A stretch of 64,000 nucleotides of DNA from Paragordius varius (Eukaryota > Animalia > Nematomorpha): NCBI GenBank assembly GCA_964247055.1, contig OZ176059.1:1984001-2048000 (forward strand), written 5' to 3'. The notes under the pieces are model-generated. The model ran no database searches. It was not told the origin of the DNA and saw only the letters and a list, made by a program, of their open reading frames with translations. Position numbers and translations under genes: made by a program. Below are positions 1 to 14,938 of the stretch, piece after piece (position 1 is the stretch's first letter; every line of letters starts with the position of its first letter).

Positions 1-928
1 TGTATGAAGTTTATTGAAAATGCGTTTGAAATGGTTTTATATATATCAAAACAAGGATATTGTTAAGCCTGAAAGCTTTAAATTTATTGTTAAATAAACT
101 GTAATAAAATATTGTGGTTTACAAATAATTCAGCCGTAAAAATTTGTTAAATAGTGCTTTTTTAATCTTAATCACAAGTGTATAAATGGAATAAAGTAGG
201 TTTATATATTTTTGCTCTAACTATTATTAAAGAAAAAGATTTTACATTTCATTTTATAAAATCATTGTTTTAATAAAAAAAATTGGTTAGTTTTTTTAAA
301 TTTTTCTAGATAACATTTATAGATTGGTTACAACAAAAAAACTACATTAAATATATATATATATATATATTTCAAGCCAATTAATTGCTCTTTACTACTT
401 TAGATGTTATCTTGCCGTTTTAAATGTAATATTAGCAATTTTTTATATATTGTATATAATACATTTGATGTCAATATATGTATGAATTAAATAAGCCCTA
501 AAACCATTTTATTTAAAGCTTTTTTCACAATGTTAGCATTTAAACTAATTTTTTTTATCACAAATATTTTGAATACACTCTCATATCCTTGACGATTATC
601 TTTTTTCAGTAATGATTTAATTACAAACCGTAAAAATATAAAGACAAATATTGTTTCCAAAAGACAACCATACTTTTTCAAACAAAGTTTTTCGATAAAA
701 ACTATTTAATTACATTGTAAAATATGTAATTGATTGTTACCAATTTACATTTCTATAGTTTAAAGCAATGAGTAGTTACATGTAAAAAAATCAGGATATA
801 AAAAGTATGGGTGGTTGTCTTTAGAAAGAAATTTGTCTTTATATTTTTACATTTTATCGCTGTATAATTTTAATCTTTATTGTATAAAATATAATCTATA
901 ATATGATATAATATGACATTATTTAAAG

Positions 929-1213
929 CAGGGCTGTTCAACACAAATGGCTTCGCGGGCCGCATTCACTATCTAGATGAAAATAACGAAGATATATTTT
1001 ATTGCATTTTAGTCATATAAGACTGTAAAACTTACCATTATTAACTTGAACAATTTTTGTTTGTTCATTATTACCGAAATTCGGAAAGATTTATTGAAAA
1101 AATTTGTTTGAGACAGCAAATTTTACTTTTATATTTTGTTAAATTTTGTATGTGAAATTTTTCGCGGGCTGCAAAAATATTTTGGGGGGCCGCGTGTGTG
1201 ATGGACACCCACG
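929..1213 (+). mobile_element. hAT-type MITE
   Basis: Imperfect TIRs (CAGGGCTGTTCAACA / reverse complement CGTGGGTGTCCATCA), GCGGGCCGC subterminal motifs, near-perfect 8-bp TSD ATTTAAAG/ATTTAAAA. An inverted copy of the left end lies at about 56829-56862. Confidence 0.7.
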
Positions 1214-1231
1214 ATTTAAAAGATTCTGATG

Positions 1232-1712
1232 TATACCATTTACAATTCAAATTTACCCTTAAACTATTCAAATTCACCCTTGAACAATTCAAATTCACCC
1301 TCAAATAAATTAGATTAAGATTAAAAATTAGTTATATTTTTATATATTTTCAAAACAAAATAAAAATTTTGTTTTTAATTAATATAATACCGGAAAAATA
1401 ATAGACAATGCGCCATAAGAATATATTTTATATTAATGATATGAGTTATATTAGCCAGCCCTTTATTTTTAGAGGGGAAATTAAATTTTGATCAAGGGTG
1501 AATTTGAATTGTTCAATGGTGAATTTGAATTGTTCGAGGGGGAATTTGAATTGTTCAAGGGTGAATATGAACTGTAAAATGGTAAAATTGAATTGTTCGA
1601 GGGGGAATTTGAATTGTTCAAGGGTGAATTTAAACTGTAAAATGGTGAATTTGAATTGTTAGAGGGTGAATTTGAATTGTTCAAGGGTGAATATGAACTG
1701 TAAAATGGTGTA
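1232..1712. mobile_element. MITE family A (TATACCATTTACAG ends, 21-bp subterminal repeats)
   Basis: Terminal inverted repeats plus inverted arrays of the 21-mer AATTCACCCTTGAACAATTCA; the right arm is expanded. Confidence 0.9.
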
Positions 1713-1775
1713 CATCATAATATATTATTACAAAGCAAATTTCTTATACATTATTTATTACATTTGATTATTTAG

Positions 1776-2669
1776 GGATCCGATTCTCAACACATTCCAT
1801 TACCAGTGCCGGCCGAACCCATAGTTGCGTTTGCGCCATCTATCAACAACAACAATCGGAAACGAAATTCTCAATCTCTTTTGATTGATTCAAAGTATTT
1901 ACAAATCAAATTCACCCTCCAACAATTCAAAGTCACCCTAAAAATAAATTATGTGTTTTTGGGCAGCTAATATAACCATTAATAATATGAAATATATTTT
2001 TATGGCGCATAGTTTTTTTTCAGCAATTTATTTATTCTAAACGTAATTTCTTTTTTTAATTATAGAAATATATAGGTAATTTTCAGACTTAAAAAACATA
2101 TAATTTATTTGAGGGTGATTTTGAATTGTTCAAGGGTGAATTTTAACTGTAAATGGTATATATAAAAAATATATTTATTTTAGATTATCGGATTTTATAA
2201 TTGTAAATTTAAATTTAACAACACTAACCATAATAAAATGTTATTCTTTAATCACCTTTTCGTAACTTGAGTTAATGATGAAACAAATCTCTTGTTTATA
2301 TGTGATTTTCGATTTAATTTTGATGAAAAAATTACTTCATGAATCACTCAACGATTACAGATAAATGAATTTAATTTGATATAAGCTTAATATGTAAAAA
2401 TATTTCAAAGTAAAATAACCAAAATGTTTAGGGGGGGCATTATAAAAACCCTTTTTAAATCTAAAATTAGATTAATGTTCAATATCATTTGCCCATATTA
2501 ACATTATTTTTTTCCCTAAATTATGTGTACATATTTTGTTTTATTATAACATGATTATTTTAAACAACAGAATTTGTTGTTAATTTTTTTCACTTTTTAT
2601 ACCTCTCGATTCCGGTTATTAAATGCTTCATTATTCTATATTTACTTGTTTTATTCTAACATAAGTGAG

Positions 2670-2702
<33 letters not shown>

Positions 2703-5700
2703 AAAGTTAAAATTTAAAATTTTTTATATATTTTTTTTGGTTATTTAGAAATATTTTTTTTTTCATTACTTAGACATGTAAATGGAATCGAATCAACCGT
2801 TAAAAATAATACATATGATGACGCTGATGATAATAAACTTGTATTATCGACCAATGTGAATGATATTAATGACATTTCATCCGTAAAAGCCATTGAAAAG
2901 ACGCATAATTCAAACATTAATAATACTAATAATTATCGTAAAAAAAGTTCACGATGGTCTACCTTGCTTTATTCCTTGTGTGGTATGAATTTTACTTTAT
3001 ATTATACATTCTTGTTCCTTTTTTAATTTTGTTTGTGTAGTTTATAAACAATTTTTTACGATTGACAAAGATTACTTGTTGTAATCTAAAATTCACAATA
3101 TATTCATATAATTTTAGCTGAATTATGATTGCAATATAATAATATAAAAGTAATTATACTACTAATAAGTTTGATAGATTTGATTGACCTAGCTAATTAT
3201 AAAATGCATGACTTTTATAATATTTAATAAATATCTTTTTTTTAAAAAAATAAATAATTTTTGTTAGGTTAAACACATGTTTTACCTATTTTGTAAAAGA
3301 ATACACAATTATACTAAATTTGTATCAATATTAATTTAATTTTTGTTTGTAATTTTTATCTTAGATTGACATTATTCATTTTTTATGTCTAAATAAATTG
3401 TGAAATGATGAAATCTAACCTTTTTTCCGCTTATCAAGGATATTTTTTGCATTATTTCGCTTAAAAAGGTTTTTTTGCTCATTCTGCCAATTTTTGAATC
3501 ATTGAATTAAATTAAATTAAATATATTTTAATAATGGTAAGTGACGGATTGATTATTATTTGCAATAACAGTTGTAAAAACTGTAATATAATGATAAACG
3601 AAATTTAAATAGAAAATCAATTGAAAGATGACTAACTATACACAGATGTTATTAATTAAATATATATATGTTTTTTCCCACAAAACTACGTATAAAATTT
3701 TATTAATTTATTGTTTTAATGTTTACAATTGTCAAACATACGTTTTTAATTGATTTTACTTTGTTTTTAATTGTTTACAATAAATAGGCTATTATTATTA
3801 TTTTAAGGCTTAAAAATGTGCATGTTGAAAGTTGACATATCAAACATCATAACAATCAAAAACAAAAGAAAATCAATCAATTAAAAACGTATTTTTGACA
3901 ATTCTAAGCATACATGACTGTAATATATTGTGTTATATATATATATATAAGGTTTACAAAGTTTAAGTCTTTTCCTTATTATTGGCGATGTGGCACACAA
4001 CATAGTTGATGGAATTGCTATTGGAGCGGCTTTTAGTTCATCCATACGTGAAGGTGTGAGCACGTCATTTGCCGTATTTTGTCATGAATTACCCCATGAA
4101 TTGGGTTTTTTTTATTATTATATTTTTTACTTTTGTATAAAAAGGTTTATAATAATTAAATTTTAATGTATATATTTGTTTCAAAAGTTTACATTTTTTT
4201 GCATAAAAAGGTTATATCATTTACAGTTCGATTTTCACTCTTGTAAAATTCAAATTCACCCTAAAAATAGTTATGTGTGTTTTTGAACTAATATAACTCA
4301 TTATTATTAATATGAAATATATCTTTATGGCGCATAGATTTTTAGGTATCATTTTTATTTATAACAAAATTTTATTTATTAAAAATCATATAAAAATATA
4401 GGTAATATTTAATCCTAAATATATAATTTATTTGAGTGTGAATTTGATTTGTTCGAGGGTATTATGAATGGTTCAAGGGTGAATTTAATTTAATGGTATA
4501 TATCGTTCTGTTTATTTCTAAATCAAAAAAGATACAGTAAAGGGTAAAGGCAAATACTTTTTTTGAACCTTGAACGTTTCCTATATAACTCATCATTTTC
4601 GTTTGACGAATGGGAATAAGAAATTGATCATGCACTCAATATAATTAAAAATTGTAATAATTTAGTTAGGAAAAATTAAGTTTTAAAATTAGGTTGTTTT
4701 GTAGAAAAAACTATTTGTCTTTTAATTTTTACCTTTTTTCCGTATAATTCCAATTTTTATTCTATATTAATCTTTGGTGTAAATGATTAAACAAATTTTA
4801 GTTCATCTTAAATATAAGTGTTACAGGTTTATTTGCTTCTTTTATAAGCATTGGAAAAGTTAAGTTTTTTGCAAAGGTTACCATATTTATAGATTCATGA
4901 TTTTCTCTAAACAGCCTATTTTCTATGATTCGGATCGGTAGATATGGAATTTATTTTATATTTAAAAAAATGAGAACAATATGGGTTTTAAAAATATTTG
5001 TCTCATTTTCATTTTTGTGCGGCTCACGATATATATCAGTAACGGTATAGATTTTAAATATTTTACGTCTTATGCTCTTAAATCATTATTCAATTTATTA
5101 CTTTCGTTTTGCAATAATGCTCTTTTTTAAAGCGTTTCCTATCACAGCGAATTTTTCACAACAATAATACATTTTATACTCTTTTTGCAACGATATAGAA
5201 AAAAACAATTTATGTAAAACATATCTTATGTAAAAGATTCTTTAAATGAAATTATGAAACTAAAATATTTCTGATCTTAATATTGTATTGTTTCAATAAA
5301 TTTCTCTATCATATAAACGAGTAGTTATTTATCAATGTACACACACTTTATTGTAGGCGATTTTGCTGTCCTCATATCCACGGGCATGACATTCCGCATG
5401 GCACTCATTATTAATCTGGTGGCGGCACTCACCTCGTTCCTTGGTCTTTACCTTGGTCTAACACTTGCTTCGGCTAGTATAGCGGCCCGTAAATGGATTT
5501 TTGCCGTAACGGCTGGCATGTTTTTGTACGTTGCTTTGGTTGATATGGTATTATGCGCATTTATAGAAGATAGTTTAGTTATTTTTTTGGAGGGGGGGGG
5601 GGGTTAAATAGGTTTTAAAAGATTTATTTTTGTGTAAAAATATTAGATTTATGTGTAAAAGTTTAGATTTTTGTGTTTTTACATAAATTTAGCAGATATA

Positions 5701-6580
5701 CCATTTACAGTTCAAATTCATCCTTAAACAAATAAAATTCACTCTTGAACAATTCAAATTCACTTAAGTGTTTTCGAACTAATATAACTCATTATTATTA
5801 TTAAATTATTTTTTCAGCATTATTTTATTTTAAACAAATTTATTTTTTTGAAAAATATATTAAAATATAGGTAATTTTTAATCTTAAAAAACATTATAAT
5901 TTATTTGAGGGAGAATTTGAATTGTTTATGGTATATATTGGTTATAAGAGGGTTTTTTGTGGGTTTATGCCATTGATGAAAGGGTTTATTTTTATACCCT
6001 CTTTCATAATGGATATAGCTCCTATAAAATAAATAACCTATACTGATCATCATGCACTTATATTTTTATATATTCATTGGTTGTGATACCTTGTCACACC
6101 TTTTTATTTAAAGGTATATTTAAATTATCTTTTAGCCATAAATAATGTAATTTTTTGTGTAAATATATGCAATAAATATACATATTGACTAAATTTTTAA
6201 AATATTTAATTTTTTATATATTTCATTGACCCATTATGAGGGGTGATTTCTTCTATTTATATTTTCATTTCCTTATCATCACCAATTAAAATGGGGAAAC
6301 CGTTATAATCAATATATTATATAGTTAGCTATTTACTGTACAGTATAATTAAGCTAAAATTTATGTTTTATTCGTCTATAATTAACATAAGAAGTTTTGA
6401 AATATAAGTCCCTTCTGACTCTTATATATTCTTTTATATTATATGTGTATATAGCTACCAGAATTACGAGAAATCAAGGTTGGTTCCAGGGCCTGGTCAC
6501 TTTTTTGTCAAAATTTGGGTATCATAATTGGGGTTGGTCTTATGCTTTTGGTTGCTCTCTATGAACATTTACTATTTTAA
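1776..6580 (+). CDS. ZIP/SLC39 zinc transporter, LIV-1 subfamily (ZIP6/ZIP10/foi-like), 3' part; 5' exons lie upstream of the window
   Basis: Phase-consistent GT-AG exons: 1776-1894, 2774-2982, 3952-4104, 5357-5547, 6455-6580 (TAA). They encode TM4 [17 protein letters not shown], the LIV-1 signature [35 protein letters not shown] and the C-terminal [19 protein letters not shown]. Confidence 0.95.
1897..2160. mobile_element. MITE family A copy abutting the ZIP exon donor
   Basis: ATTTACAAATCAAATTCACCC...AACTGTAAATGGTATA; the left terminus is truncated against the GT donor at 1895. Confidence 0.85.
4213..4500. mobile_element. MITE family A copy
   Basis: TATATCATTTACAGTTCG...AATGGTATA with the shared internal core (AATATAACTCATTATTATTAATATGAAATATATCTTTATGG). 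Confidence 0.85.
5697..5935. mobile_element. MITE family A copy
   Basis: TATACCATTTACAGTTCAAATTCA...ATGGTATA. Confidence 0.85.
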
Positions 6581-7447
6581 CCTTTAACGATTATTATTAT
6601 TTATGTTGTTAAATGATTATTATTATTGTTACCAATTATTTTTTTTAACATATGCATGGTAAATTGTTTTTAAGTTTAAAATCTTACCTAATTTTTATAT
6701 TTTCACTTATTTAATTGCGCCGTTAAATTATTTCTGTTCTCAAACCTTATATATTCATATATATATATATCTATATATTTTCATATTTTTGTTAAAGTAA
6801 TTTTTTAATTACCATTGCGCATAATATACAAAATTTTGAGATAGCAAAAAAAGTTTGATCTCCGGTAAAGCAACAACACTGATCAAATTTATGAGTAAAA
6901 ACCTCATTTTGTTAAATTTTTTTGTAAATGCATTTTTAAAAATATTGCAAATTTTAAAGCCCTGAACATATTTTAAATAAAAGATTTTAGCTGTTTAATT
7001 CAAAACGCCTTTTTAACATTAGTTTTTTTTCTTGCATAGATATCAAACATCCCCATCTAATCATATATTTATACATCATATACATATATCATCGTTTGAA
7101 TATTATTTCTTTTATTATTATTATGCAACAAAAACATTATTTGTAAAAAATGCAGAAAATAAATGTATCCACGATTATAAATATTTCTTAGGAATACAGT
7201 TAAGCGATATTTGTAAGAAATTTAATTGCAACATTGAAGTCTAAAGTTAGCTATTATATTAAAGGTTTCATTAACTTTTGGGGTTTTTTACGATTACGCA
7301 TTTGATTCAGAATGTATCTATGATATAGGGCTAAATTTAAAAATGCGCATTCTTATGACCTTTCTATTGCACAAAAATTATTTCAATACTAGAAAAGTAC
7401 TCACTATTTGGATTATTTGTTTAATCGGTAAAACTGGTAGATTGATA

Positions 7448-7450
<3 letters not shown>

Positions 7451-7506
<56 letters not shown>

Positions 7507-7508
7507 TT
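7451..7508. repeat. (TA)n microsatellite (representative; similar runs at 2669-2697, 11694-11722, 14904-14936, 23142-23180 and elsewhere)
   Basis: Direct reading. Confidence 0.95.
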
Positions 7509-8356
7509 ATATTATGGTTTAAAAAAAACTTTCCATTCTTCAGGTTTTTGATAATTATTGATCTTAAAATCAGCCGTTTCGATTGAATTTGAACACCATC
7601 CAAATGGAATATTTTACAAAACTATTTATTAAATATATACTGTTTGAAATCATATTTTAGCGAAAACAACTTGCACAATAACAGTTTTTTTACTAGTTTT
7701 AAGCTTTGGGAAAAATATAGTTCTCAATATGTACGCTATATATAAAAAGAGTAAAAAGTAGAATAGTTTCAAATTACAAACGACATTAATTATACGTACA
7801 GCATACTTTTTTTGATACACTTAAATGGTTAAAAATTTTATTATAACAAAAAAAATAAATTGCATTATAATATCTATTTATATCTGAATATATGTAAAAT
7901 ATATTTAACAATCAAAAGACATGATTTAACAAACAACACATTTAAAATTAGTTGATTTTAAAAATATATAAAAGATTTTTGCAGAAGTGTGTATATAATA
8001 CAATACATAATATGAAAATTGAAATTATACAGACTAATTTAAATTAGAAGACAAATATTTTTAATACTTTTATATTATTTTAAAATATAACCTATCGTTT
8101 TGGGTCACCAAATAGGAAACACACATGTAAGGTAGGCTGAATCATATATTTCGCCATAAATAGTTTTGATGAAAATATCAAGGTTTAAAAAATATGATTA
8201 ACTTTTCAAAAAAAATATTTCATTTAATTTTTACGCTTTGCCTGTATAATTTCAATTTTTACTGTGTAAAAAATACATGATAAAACACAAAAACTCAAAA
8301 AATGTAAGAGATTCTTTTTCACAGTATTTTGCTGTATTATATAATAATAAAATCAA

Positions 8357-11300
8357 TTAAATAATTGGATAACGCTTAACAAAACGATGTAATGCTTGCC
8401 ATTCCTTATGACTCAAATCTAAGTGATTATACGTTAAAGATGTGAATAAATTTTGCGATTGTTCTAAATTATTTATATTAACATTATCATTAACGGTATC
8501 GTTCAATGTAAGTGAATTGTTTATAGTGTTTTCATCATCGAAACCCCGTTTAAAAAGATTATTAAAAATTTCCTTAATCATTACAACATTATTTTCTGGG
8601 CCGCTAAGATTAATGTCCAAATAATTTGACCATCCAAGCTTTTGCAAAGTTACCGCATACAGTTGAGAAAAATGTATACGTGGAAAAAATTGAGGGTTTA
8701 AACGGCCTGATTGCTGCTTATTTTTATTGGCATTAACATTATTTGCATTATTTAGTATACCAGTTTGTGGCATTTCACTATTCTCACCTGTTAAAAATTC
8801 CGTTTTAACTGCTCTGTTTGCAGTTATTGATGGTTCTTTGTTTCGCCTACTACGTTTTTGAGCTTGAGTCATTGTTAATTCTTGTGTTGAAATAGAATTT
8901 ATATCATTATCAGAGTAAATTGTTACCGGTTCTCGTTTAACATTAATCTTATTATTATTAATCATAACGGGTTCCATTCGATTTTGTAGGGCATTAACGG
9001 AATGTAAATATGATAGACTGTTATCGTCATTGAAATCATTGGTGTTTACATCTAAATATATAGATGTTCTTTTCTTCTTTTGTTTAGTAGCAGTATTAGT
9101 AAATTTAGAATTTCGTGTTTTAACTTCAAGTAATTCTTGAATTTTATCACCCACCTCCTGAGTAAATGGTAAAAATTGAAGGTGGCCTTCTTTAAGTAAA
9201 TGGGCTAAATTGAAAATGTTTGCAAGTGTTTGAGTGTAAGACCTTTTATCAAAAACTAACGGCCAAAAACCTATACTATGATCCATAATGTAATCTTTCT
9301 GAAATTTTGATTCATTCATGGTTATAGGCCTTTGTTGAAGCTGTCCTAGTCCAGGTATGATAGGGACACCAAAATTAACCATACATTTCACGATGCGTTT
9401 GATTAAACCTAGGCATGAAAGATATAAATTGAAAAATTAATTGAAATTATATTACGAGGACAAAACGTTATACGAAAGAAAGATACCGTTGTACATTTTA
9501 AACTAATTTACAAATAAAACTCATTGTTTTAAATTGAAAAATATGAAAAAGATATGATTGATAAAACAAGCAATTATGTAATTTACATTTTAAAACAATC
9601 AATTATGTAATGTATAAAAAATTTATATAGGAGAAATAAAGGTAACAAAAAGTATGGTTGTCTTTTGATAAAAAAATTTGCCTTTTAGTTTTTTATTTGT
9701 CCGTGTGATTGATTTCATTTTTATACTGTAATATAATTTTTTCGATAAAAAGAACTTAATTGATCTTAAAGTGTCATTTGTTTAGAAAAATCTATAAAAG
9801 GGAAGGAATCAAAACTATAGACACCCTATTTTAAGAGTGTTAAATCATAAAATACCAAAAATAGTTTAAAAATCGTTTTTTTGTAACCAGAAAACCGTAA
9901 TTCCAAACAGTCCTCAAAAATGTCATTTTTTAGATTTATATGCCCCAAATTTTATATTTTCAACCATATTTTTTTCAGAAAAAAAAGAATATAACAAATT
10001 TATATTTTTCAACCATATTTTTTTCAGAAAAAAAACTGAATATAACAAATTTTTCTTGTTTTTATTGATTTTATACATGTCACATTCTATCCATATTATA
10101 TGTAATCAGAAAAAGTGGACTGAAATTAGCATTTGACGGATAATATTAAAAAAACTGCCCACCAAAATTGTTTTAGCAATATTTGCTTTTCCAAACTGGA
10201 ATAACAATATAATAAAGAAACGTTTCTTTTTTATAAAAAAATGATTGGAATTGGAAGCAAATTGAATTAAAATAACCGCAAAACCAAAAGGGGTTACGCG
10301 CCCCCAATCCCTGGTTATTGCGGTATATTTTTTAATGGTTGCTTATTTCACAGTAACCATTTACAGTTCGAATTCACCCTTAAACGATTTGAATTAAATC
10401 TTGAACAAATCAAATTCATCCTAAAATAAAATATGTGTATTCAAACTAATATAACTCATATTAATATGAAATATATCTTTATGGTATAGATTATTATTTT
10501 TTCAGTATTATATTAATTTAAAACAATATTTTAATTTTTTAAAATTATTGGTAATTTTTAATCTTAAAAAACATATATTTTATTTGAGGTTGAATTTGAA
10601 TATTTCGAGGGTGAATTCAAATTTTTTAAGGGTGCATTTGAATTGTAAATGGTATACTATGGTAGGGCAATTTGCAACACAACAGTAGTGTATGGAAAAA
10701 AGATAGAAAATAATTGTTTATTCAACATTTTGTTGTTTTTTCCATACGCCACTGTTGTGTTGCAAATTGCCCTCTACTATAGTTCTGTGAAATAATCAAC
10801 TAATAATGCATAAAGTGTATTAAATAGTATATTAAAACGTTATAGCTAGGTTGTTGCCGTTAATAAATAAAAAGTGTATAAAGTTGAAAAGCAATCTCAA
10901 ACATTTCACCATTTAAATCACGAATAAACGTTGCTTTTATATATATAAAAAACTTTTTAAATTTACCATTTAAATATCAAATTCACCCTTGAACAATTAA
11001 ATTCACCCTAAAAATAAATTATGTGTTTGCGAACCAAGATAACTCATTATTACTATGAAATATATCTTATAGTATAGATTCATATTTGTTCAGTATAATT
11101 TTAATTTTAAACAAAAATTTTATTTTTTAAAAATAAATAAAAATACAAGTAATTTTTTTAAAAACAAATATTTTATTTGAGGTTGAATTTGAATTGTTTA
11201 AGGGTGAATTTAAAATGTTCAAGGGTGAATTTAAAATGTTCAAGGGTGAATTTGAATTGTTTAAGGATGAATTTGAAATGTTCAAGGGTAAATTTGAATT

Positions 11301-11692
11301 GTTTAAGGGTGAATTTGAATTGTAAATGGTATATAAAAAAGAAGGATAGTATAATATGGTTTATCAAAGAGTTTAAATTAAATAACCATATTATATAAAG
11401 ATTAAATGTAAAAAAAACTTGACAAATCCTATTTTAGGAAAGACAATTAGACTTTTAAAATCTTGATTTTTTTCCATATAGCCTAAATAATGATATCACT
11501 TATGAAATATATTAAGGGAGTAAGGTACCAACCAATTATATTTCTATTCATTCTTTTGCAAAGCTTAAATCAAAGGATAAAAAGGCATGATCAACTTTAT
11601 ATACATAAAAATATACTCTAACCTTTTAGTATTTTTACGTTTTATCTCGTATATATTTAGTTTTTACATTTGGGGCAAAAAAACAAAAAAAA

Positions 11693-11725
<33 letters not shown>

Positions 11726-14700
11726 AATCAGATTAACCATATCACCAATAGATAGTGATGATCCCGATGTATCTGTTGTCAACATTGAGACTTCTTCATT
11801 ACATTGAGCTGTAATTAACGTGGTAGGGTCTTTGATTAAATCTTTCTTATAATTTCGACGTAGTACAAGACCTTTTTGTTTTATCGACGTGATTGATTCA
11901 TTTTCTGTCCCATCTTTGGCAACAGCAGTAGAAAGTAGTTGTGTTGAACGATTTTTGTTGACAATTTTAGGTTTATATGGGCGTAGAGATAAAACACGAA
12001 ATATTTCACCAAGTTCAAAATCTAATGTGTAAAGTTAAATCATGGAATTTATATAAACGACGTAGAAATCTAATTTATATGGACAAAATGTAAAAAGATA
12101 AATAAAAAAATTTCTAAAAGACAAATCTTGATTTTTTTTTACGTAATTATTGTTTTAAACTGCAAAGTATGTAATAGATATGTAAATTGGTAAAAACACA
12201 ATCAATATCTATCTTAGGATTGTAAGTAAATGAAGAATGGGTAGAAAAAGTATGATTGTATGAGTAAATAATTTGTCTTTATATTTTTAATGTTTCGTCC
12301 GTAAATTTCAATTTTTAATTTACATACGACTTTAAAATAATTGTTGTTTTAAAAGACTCATTTAAATATTAATTTGTAATTTTTTTACACCTCTGAACCC
12401 CTTATCATTGTATGCATGCCTTATATATTTATAAAAGATTATGTATTAAGAAATAGGGATTTACAGTAAAAACTGAAATTATGCGGACAAAATGTAAAAA
12501 TATAAAGACAAATATTTTTTTTCCAAAACACAACCATACTTTTTAAAACCTGATTTATTTCAATATAACAGATTGTTTTAAATGGCAAATTGTGAAATAG
12601 AGATATATATTACTAACACATTCAACTCTATATTTTACAATTGTAACTAAGTAGCTTATATGGGAAACATTAAGGTTTTTAAAAGTATGGTGTAAAAAAT
12701 ATTTGTCTTTATATTTTTACGTTTTGTCCGTATAATTTCAAATTTTTACTGTACTTTATAAATGACAGTCTATAGTAGTCACAATATATTTTCGATTTTT
12801 ACATCAAATCATTTTAGAATACTGTAAACACCATTTTAGTTATATATATATTATTTTATTCTTTTAATTATACCAAGTTATTAACTATTTAAAACGAAAA
12901 AAAACGGTTTTATAAAATATATATTTCATATACCTAAATTGACAGTTATATTGATATTCATAAAATTTTCGTCTTTAAGCGATTTCAACGATTGAGAAGG
13001 AGGTGTATTTTTGGCTGTCTTTAGGCTTACTTGATTACTATTGTTTAAGATGGCACAAATTAAATTATATATACCATTTACAGTTCAAATTAACCCTTGA
13101 ACAATTAAAATTCACCCTAAAAATTAATTGCGTGTTTTCAAACTAATAAAACTCATTATTATTAATATGACATATATCTTTATGGCATAATTTATTATTT
13201 TTTGAGTATTTAAATTTGAAACAAATTTTTTTTTTCAAAAAATAGAGGGTGAATTTGAATTGTTCGAGGGTGAATTTGAATTGCAAATGTAAATATATAC
13301 AATAATAAGTGAAAATTAAAAAAACGTTAAAAACTAAAAGACAAATATTTTTTTTATTAACCTTGATATTTTCTAAAAAAACCTATTAAATTACATTAAA
13401 AATCAGTAAATTTAGTTAACTACCTATTAAAGTCGTTTAGTAAAAACCAAAATAATGGTTATATTTAAATCAGGCTATATAGATATAGTTCTATTTAGAA
13501 AAAAAACTATCAAATTTTTACGTTTTGTCTGTGAAAAAATTTAATTTTTTCTGCATATGTATAACAATAAAATAAAAAAAGTAAAATAACTTTTTATTAA
13601 TATCTATACACAATCTAATTAAAACTTCAATACACAATCTAATTAAAACTTCACTACTAATGTTGTGGGGTCAAAATAAGGCCAAGAGATGAAAATTAGT
13701 AACTCAATTATATATTAATATTGTAAACATTGAGGTTATATAGATACAAAATAGGTTAAAAAAATAATGCTGTTTTTTATAAAAAATATTTGTCTTTTAA
13801 TTTTTTCCAATAATTTCTATATATTCAATAGAAAAGCTGGCCTTAGTAAATTATTTTTTTATAAGACTTATTGTTAAACGCAAAAAGTGAATAGATTATA
13901 TTGATAGCACCATAATCAAGTATTTTACAATTGCAATCATTGAATATTATAGATATAACGTCAAGGTTCAAAAAAATTTTATGTTTTGTTTAAAGAAAAT
14001 TAAATATCTATGGTAAAAATCAAAATATACGGACAAAATGTAAAAAGGATAAAGACACATGTTTTTTCCTTAAAGACAACCGTTCTTTTTAATTCTTGAT
14101 TTTTTTTCAAATATAACACATTGTTTTAAACTTCCAAAGTATATAGAGATGTATATTGGTAACACAAACAATTACATATTTTACAATTTTTATTAAATGA
14201 TTTTAATAGGATAAAAGGTTTGAAAAAGTATGAGGTTGTCTTGTGATAAAAAAATCTGCCTTTATATTTTTCCGTTTTGTCCGTAGTATAACAATTTTTA
14301 CTGTATATATACCATTTACAGCTCAAATTCACCCTTAAACAATTCAAATTCACCCTAAAATAAATTATGTGTTTTTTAATATTATATATTACCTATATTT
14401 TATATATTTATAATAAAAGAAATTTTGTATGTAATCAAAATAATACTGAAAAAAATATAAACTTTGCCATAAAAATATATTTAATTTTAATGATGAGTTA
14501 TATTAGACCGAAGTTTCTAATTTATTTTTAGGGTGAATTTGAATTGTTCGAGGGTGATTTTGAATTGTTCAAGCGTGAATTCGAATTGTTCTAGGGTGAA
14601 TTTGAACTGTTTAAGGGTAAATTTGAACTGTAAATGGTATATATAAATTTAAAACAGCAAAATACTCATCAAATTCGTTTGTAATATAATCGCCATCCTC

Positions 14701-14901
14701 ACATATGTATGTTTGATTAGTGTCACCACTTTCTTGATCTAAACCATATTGAGTTGTATTATTAGAGCAATTACATTGTACATGACCTGGGCATAGGGTA
14801 AAAACAAAAAAAAATTAAAAAAAATAATTAATGCAATATAATTATTATTTTTCAGAATTCGTTTATTAATGTTAGTTAAATTGGGAAGTAAGTTGAACAT
14901 T

Positions 14902-14938
<37 letters not shown>

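Noticed and set aside
1071-1684. ORFs 1071-1304 and 1481-1684 (also 11173-11398, 14126-14353, 32697-32912) with heptad-like repeats
   Set aside because: These are translations of the 21-bp MITE A repeats (7-aa period), not genes.
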